64,000 nt of DNA from Epithemia pelagica (Eukaryota; Protista; Bacillariophyta). The stretch is taken from NCBI GenBank assembly GCA_946965045.2, contig OX337234.1:3162001-3226000 (forward strand). The letters run 5' to 3'. Below the pieces are notes generated by a model. That model was not told the DNA's origin, made no database searches, and was given only the letters and a program-made list of their open reading frames with translations. Positions 10,447 to 19,619 of the stretch are shown piece by piece. How positions within the stretch are numbered: the first letter of the stretch is position 1; the number at the start of each line of letters is the position of its first letter. Position numbers and translations under genes: made by a program.

Positions 10447-11781
10447 TTCAAGCCCACCGATCGTCAGAAGGTTGTTCTCGGACTTCGCTGTGGCTCCGGT
10501 TTCGGAAAAACTCACATCCTGACGGAAGCCCCTGAATTACTTGCCGCTGAGGGCTTGTACGTCACGTACAACCAGTATCAAGACTTATCGACAGACAAAG
10601 ATGATCCGGTGAAAGCTCTGCTCATTCGGCTGTTACTTGCCATGTGTGGATGCGCTTCGCAAGACGCGGGGCAGTTCTTCAAAGAGCCGGCTTCCAGACA
10701 ATTTTTTGATGTTTCGATGGAAACACTTCGTGCGTGTTTTGTCGGATATGCTAAGGAAAGATTCGAGGCCAAAGATCTTGTCATTGGTGTTGACGAGATA
10801 ATGGACCTTGCCAAACTTAGTTTTCCGGCTGCCCAGTTAGTCGTATCCGAACTTGCGTACATCTCTTTCTCATTTAAGTCCAACAAACCGGTTTCAAGAT
10901 GCACTGTCCTGGTCAGTTCTTTGGAGGGGAGTGTCTTTGCGACAAGGAGTGGGCGGCCTGTTGAAGATTGGAATCCAAGAAAGGCAAACCGCGCTGCACT
11001 TGAATATTTTGCGGCATCCACGGCAGGAGACAGGGAAAAGTATATGGCTCTTGTGAACGCAATTTGTGGCGCGCATATGCGATCGATTGTCGTTGCCTTT
11101 GATCTCCTAAAGCAGGGACACGCACCACGAGTTCGTGGCCTGTACAATTCACTACATGCAAGGATGGGATTGAAGCTGATTGGGCCAGAGTTGAGTGAGG
11201 TTTGCGTCTACGTTGAAGCATGTATCACGTCGAAAGCTGATCCATCTCCCTCCAACAACCTTGAATCAATTGTAGGAGAGGACTTGGCTGTCCCTCCAGT
11301 GATCATGATGAAGGCGTTTGACAACTCACCAGCTCTTTCTACGCGGCTTGAAGAGCTTTTGAATGCATTCCATCTTTGTGATGGAGGGCCAGGAAAGCAG
11401 CTGGAGGAAATATCCAAGGCGTATGATTTCTTTCACTATCACCCAGCCGTTAGTAATCACCCCTGGCTCGATCGTTTGGTTGTTGGACAACACTCGAAGG
11501 ATTCCTTTTGCTTGGTAATTTATCAAGACAAAGTGAATGCCGCTGACTTTCCAGATGCATGCAAGAAACTGAACAAGGCAGCGAATGTTCTATCTGGACC
11601 ACACCAAGTTTTGCTTGTCGTTAGCGTAATTAGAGCGACGACCAACACCACAGCTCAGGCGAGTCTGGAGCGACCCTACATTCTTATTAGGGAAGGAGAC
11701 GAAGTGAGTTCTTTCTATTCTCGCAATTTCGCCGAAATGGTGCGATACAGTCGGGAGAGACACCTTCTTTCTACCAATTAA
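10447..11781 (+). pseudogene. CR-type effector copy 1, 3' part (P-loop NTPase + REase-like), with an in-frame deletion of ~73 codons
   Basis: Resumes FKPTDRQKVVLGLRCGSGFGKT; YDFF-H-YHPAVS replaces YDFFRAEL...FGMYYHPAVS of the other copies (junction ~11434). Confidence 0.85.
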
Positions 11782-12156
11782 AAAACGATGTGAACTACCT
11801 AGTCGATGGAGAGGGGAGGAAAGAAGACCTGGCAATTTTCCCCCAACCATCTCCCTTCCCTTGTTCATTGGACTCTGTTGTTTGGCACTTATCAAAAGCA
11901 CAACACAAACCAACGATGACAATAGATGGCGTGTTCCGCGCTCGAGGGTCTTAGGAATATAGGCAGGATCAGCCAAGTTGTCAATTAAGCAGCTGTGCGT
12001 GTCATCCTGGAAATACCCGCACTGTGATGTTTTGTTGAGTCACGTTTTCACGAAAACTTGAAATCTCGCCACCACTGATCGTAGTGAAAACAGTCCACAA
12101 CGATACCGTCAAACAATAGACCAGCATCCTTCTAGGCCAATAATACGCAAGATAAG

Positions 12157-12873
12157 ATGGAGTCTGATCCACAATCCTTTGATGAAGCATTGGACAACCT
12201 ATTCCGTGAACAAAATTTTCGCCCTTCCAACACCGACTCATGGCAAGCAGAGCGTGAGAAGTGGCGCTCGCTGTACGAAAGGTGCTGTGCGAGTGGAAAC
12301 CGTTTAGTAGCAACAAAAATGCTCGAAATGTTGGTATCGTACATGATTCCCATGGCCGACGATTGCAAGAAGAAAATAGCCAAGATTAAGGACGATTGCA
12401 AGAAGGAAGTACGGAAATACACAATTGAAGGTCTCCTGGTCAATCAACACGAGTTCCCTTTCACCAAGAAAGGTGGAACACTTTCAGGAGCGCATTCTTC
12501 TTCCAATTATGATCGGGCGATGGCATCTCAATCGAGACAGTTTGTAAATAAGCCCATCAACCCTGAACTACTTCCCGACCGCACAAAACGCAGGCATTCC
12601 AGTATGCTTTGTAAATTCGATGGTGGCATGCAAACATTTGGAAGTGAAGCTGACATTCAGTCGTATGTCCGGAGTGCTCTGGAAGATGCAGTCACTGTTG
12701 TCCAAGGACTGATTGATGGCAACGGTGACGGTGAGAACAACTTGCTAACGATTCGTGCTGAAGCAAGTATGTTTTCGAACAGACCGGACCTTATCGCTAG
12801 AAAGACCTTGTACCCAGTTCGTTATGAAAAAAATAGCTTCCTTCCTTCCTGGTATGTAGTGAGGGTAAGATAA
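12157..12873 (+). pseudogene. Truncated, diverged copy of the CR-type REase-kinase gene
   Basis: Colinear with 35372/55117 up to RPDLIA (~12798), then unrelated sequence; the EVK motif and kinase domain are missing. Confidence 0.8.
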
Positions 12874-13140
12874 ACTTTGCAAAGTCCAGACTGGTGGCGT
12901 TGTCGAAGAGCTCCGTCATTCAGTGTTTTAAATGCATAAGTAGCTGATTATTGAATACCACCCTCGCCGCCTGGGCGGCTTTCTAGATTACAAACGGCTG
13001 ACACGTCCATGAGTCAACACAGATACCTATAGTCTCGCGATGCATGCATGGTTCCGTTTTGGTTTGATATATTGCCCCAGAACCATTTGGATTGAAGAAG
13101 TCCAAACTTATTGGATGATCTGAAACTGGTACGGCTCTCC

Positions 13141-15234
13141 TTATTGAGTTTGAGAGTGGTTTTGAGTGAGACGTTGCCACAAGGCCGGGTTGGTCGTTTG
13201 GAAGCGTTGAGCCATGAGGAATTTCAAATGAGATCGTATCTGATTGTGGAAGACGTTGGATCCTTGATGTGGAAACTTTGTACCGGCCGCCTTGCCATTT
13301 CTCAAATGAGCCAAGAATGCCATTTGGGGTTTCACTTGCTTGGTCCGAATTCCATGACCACTAATAGTATCATTCATGAGATACCAGGCCCAGTGCACAT
13401 AAAAGGTACGAATGGTCGATGTTCGATAAATACCCTTGGGTGCCGTTTGGTCAAAACGATAACATTGCTTTTGGTCCAATGCCAAGGCATCCAGCCGTGA
13501 TGGATGGGCACTCCGCTGGTTTGCGGGATCAGAATGATTGTTGGTGGTGGATTGGCAGGGACCAAAGGCAATCCGAGGAATGGCAATGTTATCAAACGAG
13601 TGTTGTTTGGGAGTGAGGATATATTCCTGATTCAACTGGGACAGTGTACCATTCAAGACACTTTGGGGCGACAGGGAAGACGCCCATTGTGTTGTTGTTG
13701 TTAGTGTTGTTGCGCCATTCCACGGCCGGTTCTTGGTTGACACGACAAGATATTCATCGACATCCCAATGTCCCATCCATTCCGTTTCATTTTCATAGCG
13801 ACGCAATGCGGCATTGGAGGCAATCACTTGGGCCGTATACAATCGTTTGCCGGTCCCGACATTGCACTCGGTATCCCGTTTCGGGTAATGGACGTAGGTG
13901 AGAATTCCCAGTTCGATATAGGGTTGACACAGCTCATGAACGAGGCTCTGGTATGGATCGGGGCTGTCATCGTAGAGATAAAAGTGCTGGATGATTCCCA
14001 AGGCAACATGATATTCCAACCATGACACAATGTCGAGAGGATCAATGGAGAGTCGTTGGCCGTCAGTGCCTCGTTCGTAGGATAACGACACGCGCGTCAT
14101 GAGGGACAGGTTGTGTTTTCTCTTCTTCTTCTTCTTTTTCGTTGGGTCATGGTGTGCACCAACGGTTGGAGGAGGAGGAGGAGGCCGGTACGGTTCGTCA
14201 CGGGATGGAATCGTAGTCGTCGTCCTAGTAGTAGTAGTGCGACGAGTGGTTGGAAAGGGCGGCCATGCATGAGAACAAATGGGAATGTGAGCAAGGGTGG
14301 GCATTGCGCCATATTCTTCATGGGCTCTACTGGTCGTTGTCCCCACCAATGTTGGATCCAGATTCGCCCCTGCTGTTGTATTGGTGGGTGGAAGAACCGG
14401 CCAATGGTGGTGGTTGCCAGATTGACGTGCCATTGTCAAGGACGGTTGAAGAGACAAAAACATGTTGGTTTCCGTGGCTCCACTCGGTGGCAAGCGAGAC
14501 TGGAGATGCAATGGAACGGGACATTGAATCAAGATATAAGGGACGCGTGAATAGGAGGTTGGCAGTCTCTGAAAGGGAAGCAAGGGGTGCGAGGTGACTC
14601 GCGATCCGTCCCATTCATAGACACAGTCAAACGTGACATTGCCATGCGTCGTACTACTAAACAAGTGCGCCAGATTGTTGTGGTCATGATCATGACAATT
14701 GTAATGATTTTCCACCACCAAAAAGACTTGAGTTTGATCATGTGAGCCAAAGACATCGGCCAGCAGTGGCAAAAAGGAGGATTGTGGTGCAGTAGGAGGA
14801 GGAATGGGGTACTCGCGGTAAAAGCAGTGTGCCGTGTATTGTCGAGTGAACGGTTCATTGGCATGTTGTTGTCGTTGTTGTTGTTTTGCCTCGTCTTTTG
14901 GACTGTTGTTGCTGCCTTGTTCCGATGCAAAGTCATTGTTGCTCTTGGAAAGGTATTGATCTCGCGTTTCTTTCACGACTGTCGCTGTGGCTATCGAATG
15001 CGATGGATGCTTTGGCACTTGTGGTGGTGGTTTGTCGACCTCGTGCAGCATAATGGCAAGGGAAACATCGGTCCCCGTCGCATCCGACGAGTAGAAGATG
15101 AGAGAGACATTATATTGCCTAATGGTTGCTGCACCGAGTATGCCTCCAACCAACACGCTTGAATGCTTCAAATTTCGGGGACGCGGCCGCCGTCGTTGTC
15201 GTCTGCTGGACGAAGGTGGTGGAGGAGGAGTCAT
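13141..15234 (-). CDS. Glycosyltransferase family 92 (DUF23)-like type II membrane protein, copy 1
   Basis: N-terminal anchor SSVLVGGILGAAT; WLEYHVALGIIQHFYLYDDS, QVIASNAALRRY, WMGHWDVDEY. Start MTPPP chosen because homology among the three copies fades shortly upstream. Confidence 0.75.
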   Translation of the reverse strand: MTPPPPPSSSRRQRRRPRPRNLKHSSVLVGGILGAATIRQYNVSLIFYSSDATGTDVSLAIMLHEVDKPPPQVPKHPSHSIATATVVKETRDQYLSKSNNDFASEQGSNNSPKDEAKQQQRQQHANEPFTRQYTAHCFYREYPIPPPTAPQSSFLPLLADVFGSHDQTQVFLVVENHYNCHDHDHNNLAHLFSSTTHGNVTFDCVYEWDGSRVTSHPLLPFQRLPTSYSRVPYILIQCPVPLHLQSRLPPSGATETNMFLSLQPSLTMARQSGNHHHWPVLPPTNTTAGANLDPTLVGTTTSRAHEEYGAMPTLAHIPICSHAWPPFPTTRRTTTTRTTTTIPSRDEPYRPPPPPPTVGAHHDPTKKKKKKRKHNLSLMTRVSLSYERGTDGQRLSIDPLDIVSWLEYHVALGIIQHFYLYDDSPDPYQSLVHELCQPYIELGILTYVHYPKRDTECNVGTGKRLYTAQVIASNAALRRYENETEWMGHWDVDEYLVVSTKNRPWNGATTLTTTTQWASSLSPQSVLNGTLSQLNQEYILTPKQHSFDNIAIPRIAFGPCQSTTNNHSDPANQRSAHPSRLDALALDQKQCYRFDQTAPKGIYRTSTIRTFYVHWAWYLMNDTISGHGIRTKQVKPQMAFLAHLRNGKAAGTKFPHQGSNVFHNQIRSHLKFLMAQRFQTTNPALWQRLTQNHSQTQ

Positions 15235-15490
15235 TTTGTATCCGTATCCGTACGAAAAGTGCGGGTTTGTGTGGTGATTCGTGACAAAAAAGTGACCCGA
15301 AATATGGGGGTGGGTATCATATCCAAGTTCGGCGAGGGGGCGACAGCATTTCGTCCGGTTCGTCAGCGGCTCGTCATTCGTCAAACTCGTCACGTCAGGC
15401 CGAGGGTCGGTGACGCGACGAACTTGCAACCTTGTCACCACACCACCACCGTGATGAATGAGGTGAGAGGTTTTGGCCCTGAGTGAGTAT

Positions 15491-15559
15491 GAATTCACCG
15501 TGAAATACTCGCCCCCGCTGGGGGGTACACCGTAAACACAACAACAAATTTTGTGCAAT
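15491..15559 (+). repeat. Motif M copy 2
   Basis: gaattcaccgtgaaatactcgcccccgctggggggtacaccgtaaacacaacaacaaattttgtgcaat. Confidence 0.9.
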
Positions 15560-15602
15560 ATCAGCAAACGATTGAAACAATCGTAGAAATCATCAAATCA
15601 TT

Positions 15603-15883
15603 ATGTCGAGCGACGAGCAAGGAAACATGTCTGAGCAAAGTGTTTGGGTCAAGGTCATCCAGAAAACGGGCGGAGACAATTATGAGGACCTCGGAGATCC
15701 GTTTCAGATAGTGCCGCGTCCGGCGAACGTGAGTCACTTGCGCGAGAAAGTCAAGGAAAAGGCGGCAAACAACCTTGCGCATGTTGACGCTAATGAACTC
15801 CTTGTGTTCGCGCCTGATAAAGACTACGAGAATGATAAAAATAAAATGAACCCTTGGGATGCAGTCGAGGAAATTAAAACAAG
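15603..15883 (+). pseudogene. CR-type header-only fragment (gene body deleted)
   Basis: MSSDEQGNMSEQSVWVKV...DAVEEIKT joined at aaaacaag|gtactcc to the spacer that normally lies ~370 bp downstream of the stop codon. Confidence 0.85.
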
Positions 15884-16500
15884 GTACTCCTATTTCCTAC
15901 TCCTTCCGTCTATCTCGATTGTCGATAGTCGATGTTTGTTTTTAGGAGTGCTACCTAAACGTATATATATCACAGATCACAGAGTAGACTTTCTGTCAGA
16001 CGACTTGGCTGTCTGTGCTTCGCCCGCCGCCATAGTCCAAAGACAAGAATGTCTTAGCTACGTCTGTTGCGACACAAGTTTCCAGCTCCGCGTTATTGGA
16101 AGAGCCACACACCATGATGAAATGGAAAACGCAAGTCTCGTTTTCACGAAAACTTGAAATCTCACCGCGAACCACGCACCACGCATCGAAAATAGTAATG
16201 AAAACAGTCATCCTCCCTTTTGCTTCCTTGAGCACCCATGCTTTTCACGTCTTGGATACGACAAGATCGAATCCTTTTCAAGAACATGGCACAACGTTGG
16301 ATCGGTCGCCAAGACAAGTGATTCATCCATTTCAAAAACGTGCCATGGTGGTTGTTTCTCAGCATAAACCAGGAGAAAATGTGTCCGACCACAACATATC
16401 CTCTGGTCCGAACGATGAGGCATCGTCTTCAGGCGCTCTACAGCCATCCCTACCAGTGAACAACGCCAACTTCCCCGTCAAAGAAGGCAATCAAGGAAAC

Positions 16501-18615
16501 ATGCCTGAGCAAAGTGTTTGGGTCAAGGTCATCCAGAAAACGGGCGGAGACAATTACGAGGACCTCGGAGATCCGTTTCAGATAGTGCCGCGTCCGGCGA
16601 ACGTGAGTCACTTGCGCAACAAAGTTAAGGAAGAGGCGGCAAACAACCTTGCGCATGTTGACGCTAATGAACTCCTTGTGTTCGCGCCTGATAAAGACTA
16701 CGAGAATGATAAAAATAAAATGAACCCTTGGGATGCAGTCGAGGAAATTAAAACAAGTTCCAACAAAAGAAACGCACCGTGCCCGCTGATTGTGGTGGCA
16801 ACTAAAGAGAAGCTAAACAAGCAAGAAGAGCCATCTGCAAAGAAGGCAAAAAACTTCTCTGAGCTTGTCGCCAAGGATGACTACCAAGCCGCAGTCAAAT
16901 TGCTTAAAGAAAGTGCGGGAGGATACCTTGCAAGAGGATTCGATCCCAAGGTATACCGCGAACCTCATCTTTCTATGGGCACGTGGAACAAAAAGGAGAT
17001 TCAGCAACAACTGTGCGAAAAGCGCGAATTGATTGAAAAAAGACTTGCTTCTTTCAAGCCCACCGATCGTCAGAAGATTGTTCTCGGACTTCGCTGTGGC
17101 TCCGGTTTCGGAAAAACTCACATCCTGACGGAAGCCCCTGAATTGCTTGCCGCTGAGGGCTTGTACGTCACGTACAACCAGTATCAAGACTTATCGACAG
17201 ACAAAGATGATCCGGTGAAAGCTCTGCTCATTCGGTTGTTACTTGCCATGTGTGGATGCGCTTCGCAAGACGCGGGGCAGTTCTTCAAAGAGCCGGCTTC
17301 CAGACAATTTTTTGATGTTTCGGTGGAAACACTTCGTGCGTGTTTTGTCGGATATGCTAAGGAAAGATTCGAGGCGAAAGATCTTGTCATTGGTGTTGAC
17401 GAGATAATGGACCTTGCCAAACTTAGTTTTCCGGCTGCCCAGTTAGTCATATCCGAACTTGCGTACCTCTCTTTCTCATTTAAGTCCAACAAACCGGTTT
17501 CAAGATGCACTGTCCTGGTCAGTTCTTTGGAGGAGAGCGTCTTTGCGACAAGGAGTGGGCGGCCTGTTGAAGATTGGAATCCAAGAAAGGCAAACCGCGC
17601 TGCACTTGAATATTTTGCGGCATCCACGGCAGGAGACAAGGAAAATTATATGGCTCTTGTTAACGCAATTTGTGGCGCGCATATGCGATCGATTGTCGTT
17701 GCCTTTGATCTCCTAAAGCAGGGACACGCACCACGAGTTCGTGACCTGTACAATTCACTATATGAAAGGATGGGATTGAAGCTGACTGTGCCAGAGTTGA
17801 GTGAGGTTTGCGTCTACGTTGAAGCATGTATCACGTCTAAAGCTGATCCATCTCCCTCCAACAACCTTGAATCAATTGTTGGAGAGGACTTGGCTGTCCC
17901 TCCAGTGATCACGATGAAGGCGTTTGACAACTCACCAGCTCTTTCTAAGCGGCTTGAAGAGCTTTTTAATGCATTCCATCTTTGTGATGGAGGGCCAGGA
18001 AAGCAGCTGGAGGAAATATCCAAGGCGTATGATTTCTTTCGGGCAGAATTACGTCTACCTATTGTACCCGCCAAAGCACGTATCTGCATTCCAAAGGGTC
18101 CTGGCTTTGAGACGGCGGAATGGTTCCGGTCATTGCGTTTCCCTCAAGCCATGGAGGAGAGCCGCGACGCGCTGCTGGAAACGCGGTCCGTTCTTTGCGG
18201 GTCAAGGAGTCGAAAAGAAGTGGTTGCGACGGCGGTGGTCCCTACGTTTGGTATGTACTATCACCCAGCCGTTAGTAATCACCCCTGGCTTGATCGTTTG
18301 GTTGTTGGACAACACTCGAAGGATTCCTTTTGCTTGGTAATTTATCAAGACAAAGTGAATGCCGCTGACTTTCCAGATGCATGCAAGAAACTGAACAAGG
18401 CAGCGAATGTTCTATCTGGACCACACCAAGTTTTGCTTGTCGTTAACGTGATTGGAGCGACGACCAACACCACAGCTCAGGCGAGTCTGGAGCGACCCTA
18501 CATTCTTATTAGGGAAGGAGACGAAGTGAGTTCTTTCTATTCTCGCAATTTCGCCGAAATGGTGCGATACAGTCGGGAGAGACACCTTCTTTCTACCAAT
18601 TCGAAAACGGTGTGA
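16501..18615 (+). CDS. Crinkler/CR-type effector copy 2: Ubl-like header + P-loop NTPase + REase-like domain
   Basis: Walker A GSGFGKT, Walker B LVIGVDE, C-terminal NHPWLD...IYQDK (PD-(D/E)xK-like). The frame is also open upstream through ISCA2-derived sequence. Confidence 0.8.
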   Translation: MPEQSVWVKVIQKTGGDNYEDLGDPFQIVPRPANVSHLRNKVKEEAANNLAHVDANELLVFAPDKDYENDKNKMNPWDAVEEIKTSSNKRNAPCPLIVVATKEKLNKQEEPSAKKAKNFSELVAKDDYQAAVKLLKESAGGYLARGFDPKVYREPHLSMGTWNKKEIQQQLCEKRELIEKRLASFKPTDRQKIVLGLRCGSGFGKTHILTEAPELLAAEGLYVTYNQYQDLSTDKDDPVKALLIRLLLAMCGCASQDAGQFFKEPASRQFFDVSVETLRACFVGYAKERFEAKDLVIGVDEIMDLAKLSFPAAQLVISELAYLSFSFKSNKPVSRCTVLVSSLEESVFATRSGRPVEDWNPRKANRAALEYFAASTAGDKENYMALVNAICGAHMRSIVVAFDLLKQGHAPRVRDLYNSLYERMGLKLTVPELSEVCVYVEACITSKADPSPSNNLESIVGEDLAVPPVITMKAFDNSPALSKRLEELFNAFHLCDGGPGKQLEEISKAYDFFRAELRLPIVPAKARICIPKGPGFETAEWFRSLRFPQAMEESRDALLETRSVLCGSRSRKEVVATAVVPTFGMYYHPAVSNHPWLDRLVVGQHSKDSFCLVIYQDKVNAADFPDACKKLNKAANVLSGPHQVLLVVNVIGATTNTTAQASLERPYILIREGDEVSSFYSRNFAEMVRYSRERHLLSTNSKTV

Positions 18616-18809
18616 ACTTCCTAGTCGATGGAGAGGGGAGGAAAGAAGATCTGGCAATCCTCCCCCCCACCATCCTGGGGAGACCTTTGCAGATGATGGA
18701 CAACAGTAAGTACAAGTTTGTATTGTTCCTTCTCAAGAGGAAATTATCTTGCCCTATCTGGAAGGTTCCTTTGAACGATTCGGAAATGAGATCCAGAATA
18801 GGCATTCTT

Positions 18810-18838
18810 TTGACGTATATCGATTCGATATACGTCAA
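18810..18838. repeat. Perfect 29-bp palindrome (14-bp arms, 1-nt loop) in the spacer; also at 22238, 25666, 29093 and with one mismatch at ~54534
   Basis: ttgacgtatatcga-t-tcgatatacgtcaa. Confidence 0.9.
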
Positions 18839-19619
18839 TATCGATCCAATAATTGGAGATAACTCATAATTGTTGTGGTGATCATCCCACTCTCATCACT
18901 TTCACCGCCCATTCTCGGATTCATTCACTCGTTGCCATCATCTTTGGGGAATCGCCCGACCCCTGCTTTTGAAACCAGAGCGTGTATTGGTACTCCTATT
19001 TCCTACTCCTTCCGTCTATCTCGATTGTCGATAGTCGATGTTTGTTTTTAGGAGTACTAAACGTATATATATCACAGATCACAGAGTAGACTTTGCACTG
19101 TCAACTGTCAGACGACTTGGCTGTCTGTGCTTCGCCCGCCGCCATAGTCCAAAGACAAGAATGTCTTAGCTACGTCTGTTGCGACACAAGTTTCCAGCTC
19201 CGCGTTATTGGTCGAGCGTCGAGCCACACACCATGATGAAATGGAAAACGCAAGTCTCGTTTTCACGAAAACTTGAAATCTCACCGCGAACCACGCACCA
19301 CGCATCGAAAATCGTAATGAAAACAGTCATCCTCCCTTTTGCTTCCTTGAGCACCCATGCTTTTCACGTCTTGGATACGACAAGATCGAATCCTTTTCAA
19401 GAACATGGCACAACGTTGGATCGGTCGCCAAGACAAGTGATTCATCCATTTCAAAAACGTGCCATGGTGGTTGTTTCTCAGCATAAACCAGGAGAAAATG
19501 TGTCCGACCACAACATATCCTCTGGTCCGAACGATGAGGCATCGTCTTCAGGCGCTCTACAGCCATCCCTACCAGTGAACAACGCCAACTTCCCCGTCAA
19601 AGAAGGCAATCAAGGAAAC

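Noticed and set aside
15235-15567. Long N-terminal extensions of the GT92 ORFs given by the track (also 40230-40541 and 60027-60224)
   Set aside because: They begin inside motif M or unique flank and differ between copies; MTPPP followed by the membrane anchor is the more plausible start.
16096-16213. ORF-track starts for the array genes (16096, 19179, 22607, 26035)
   Set aside because: They come from the kinase-gene upstream region, which is non-coding at 35 and 55 kb; the open frame reflects the junction to ISCA2 coding sequence. Use is possible but unsupported.
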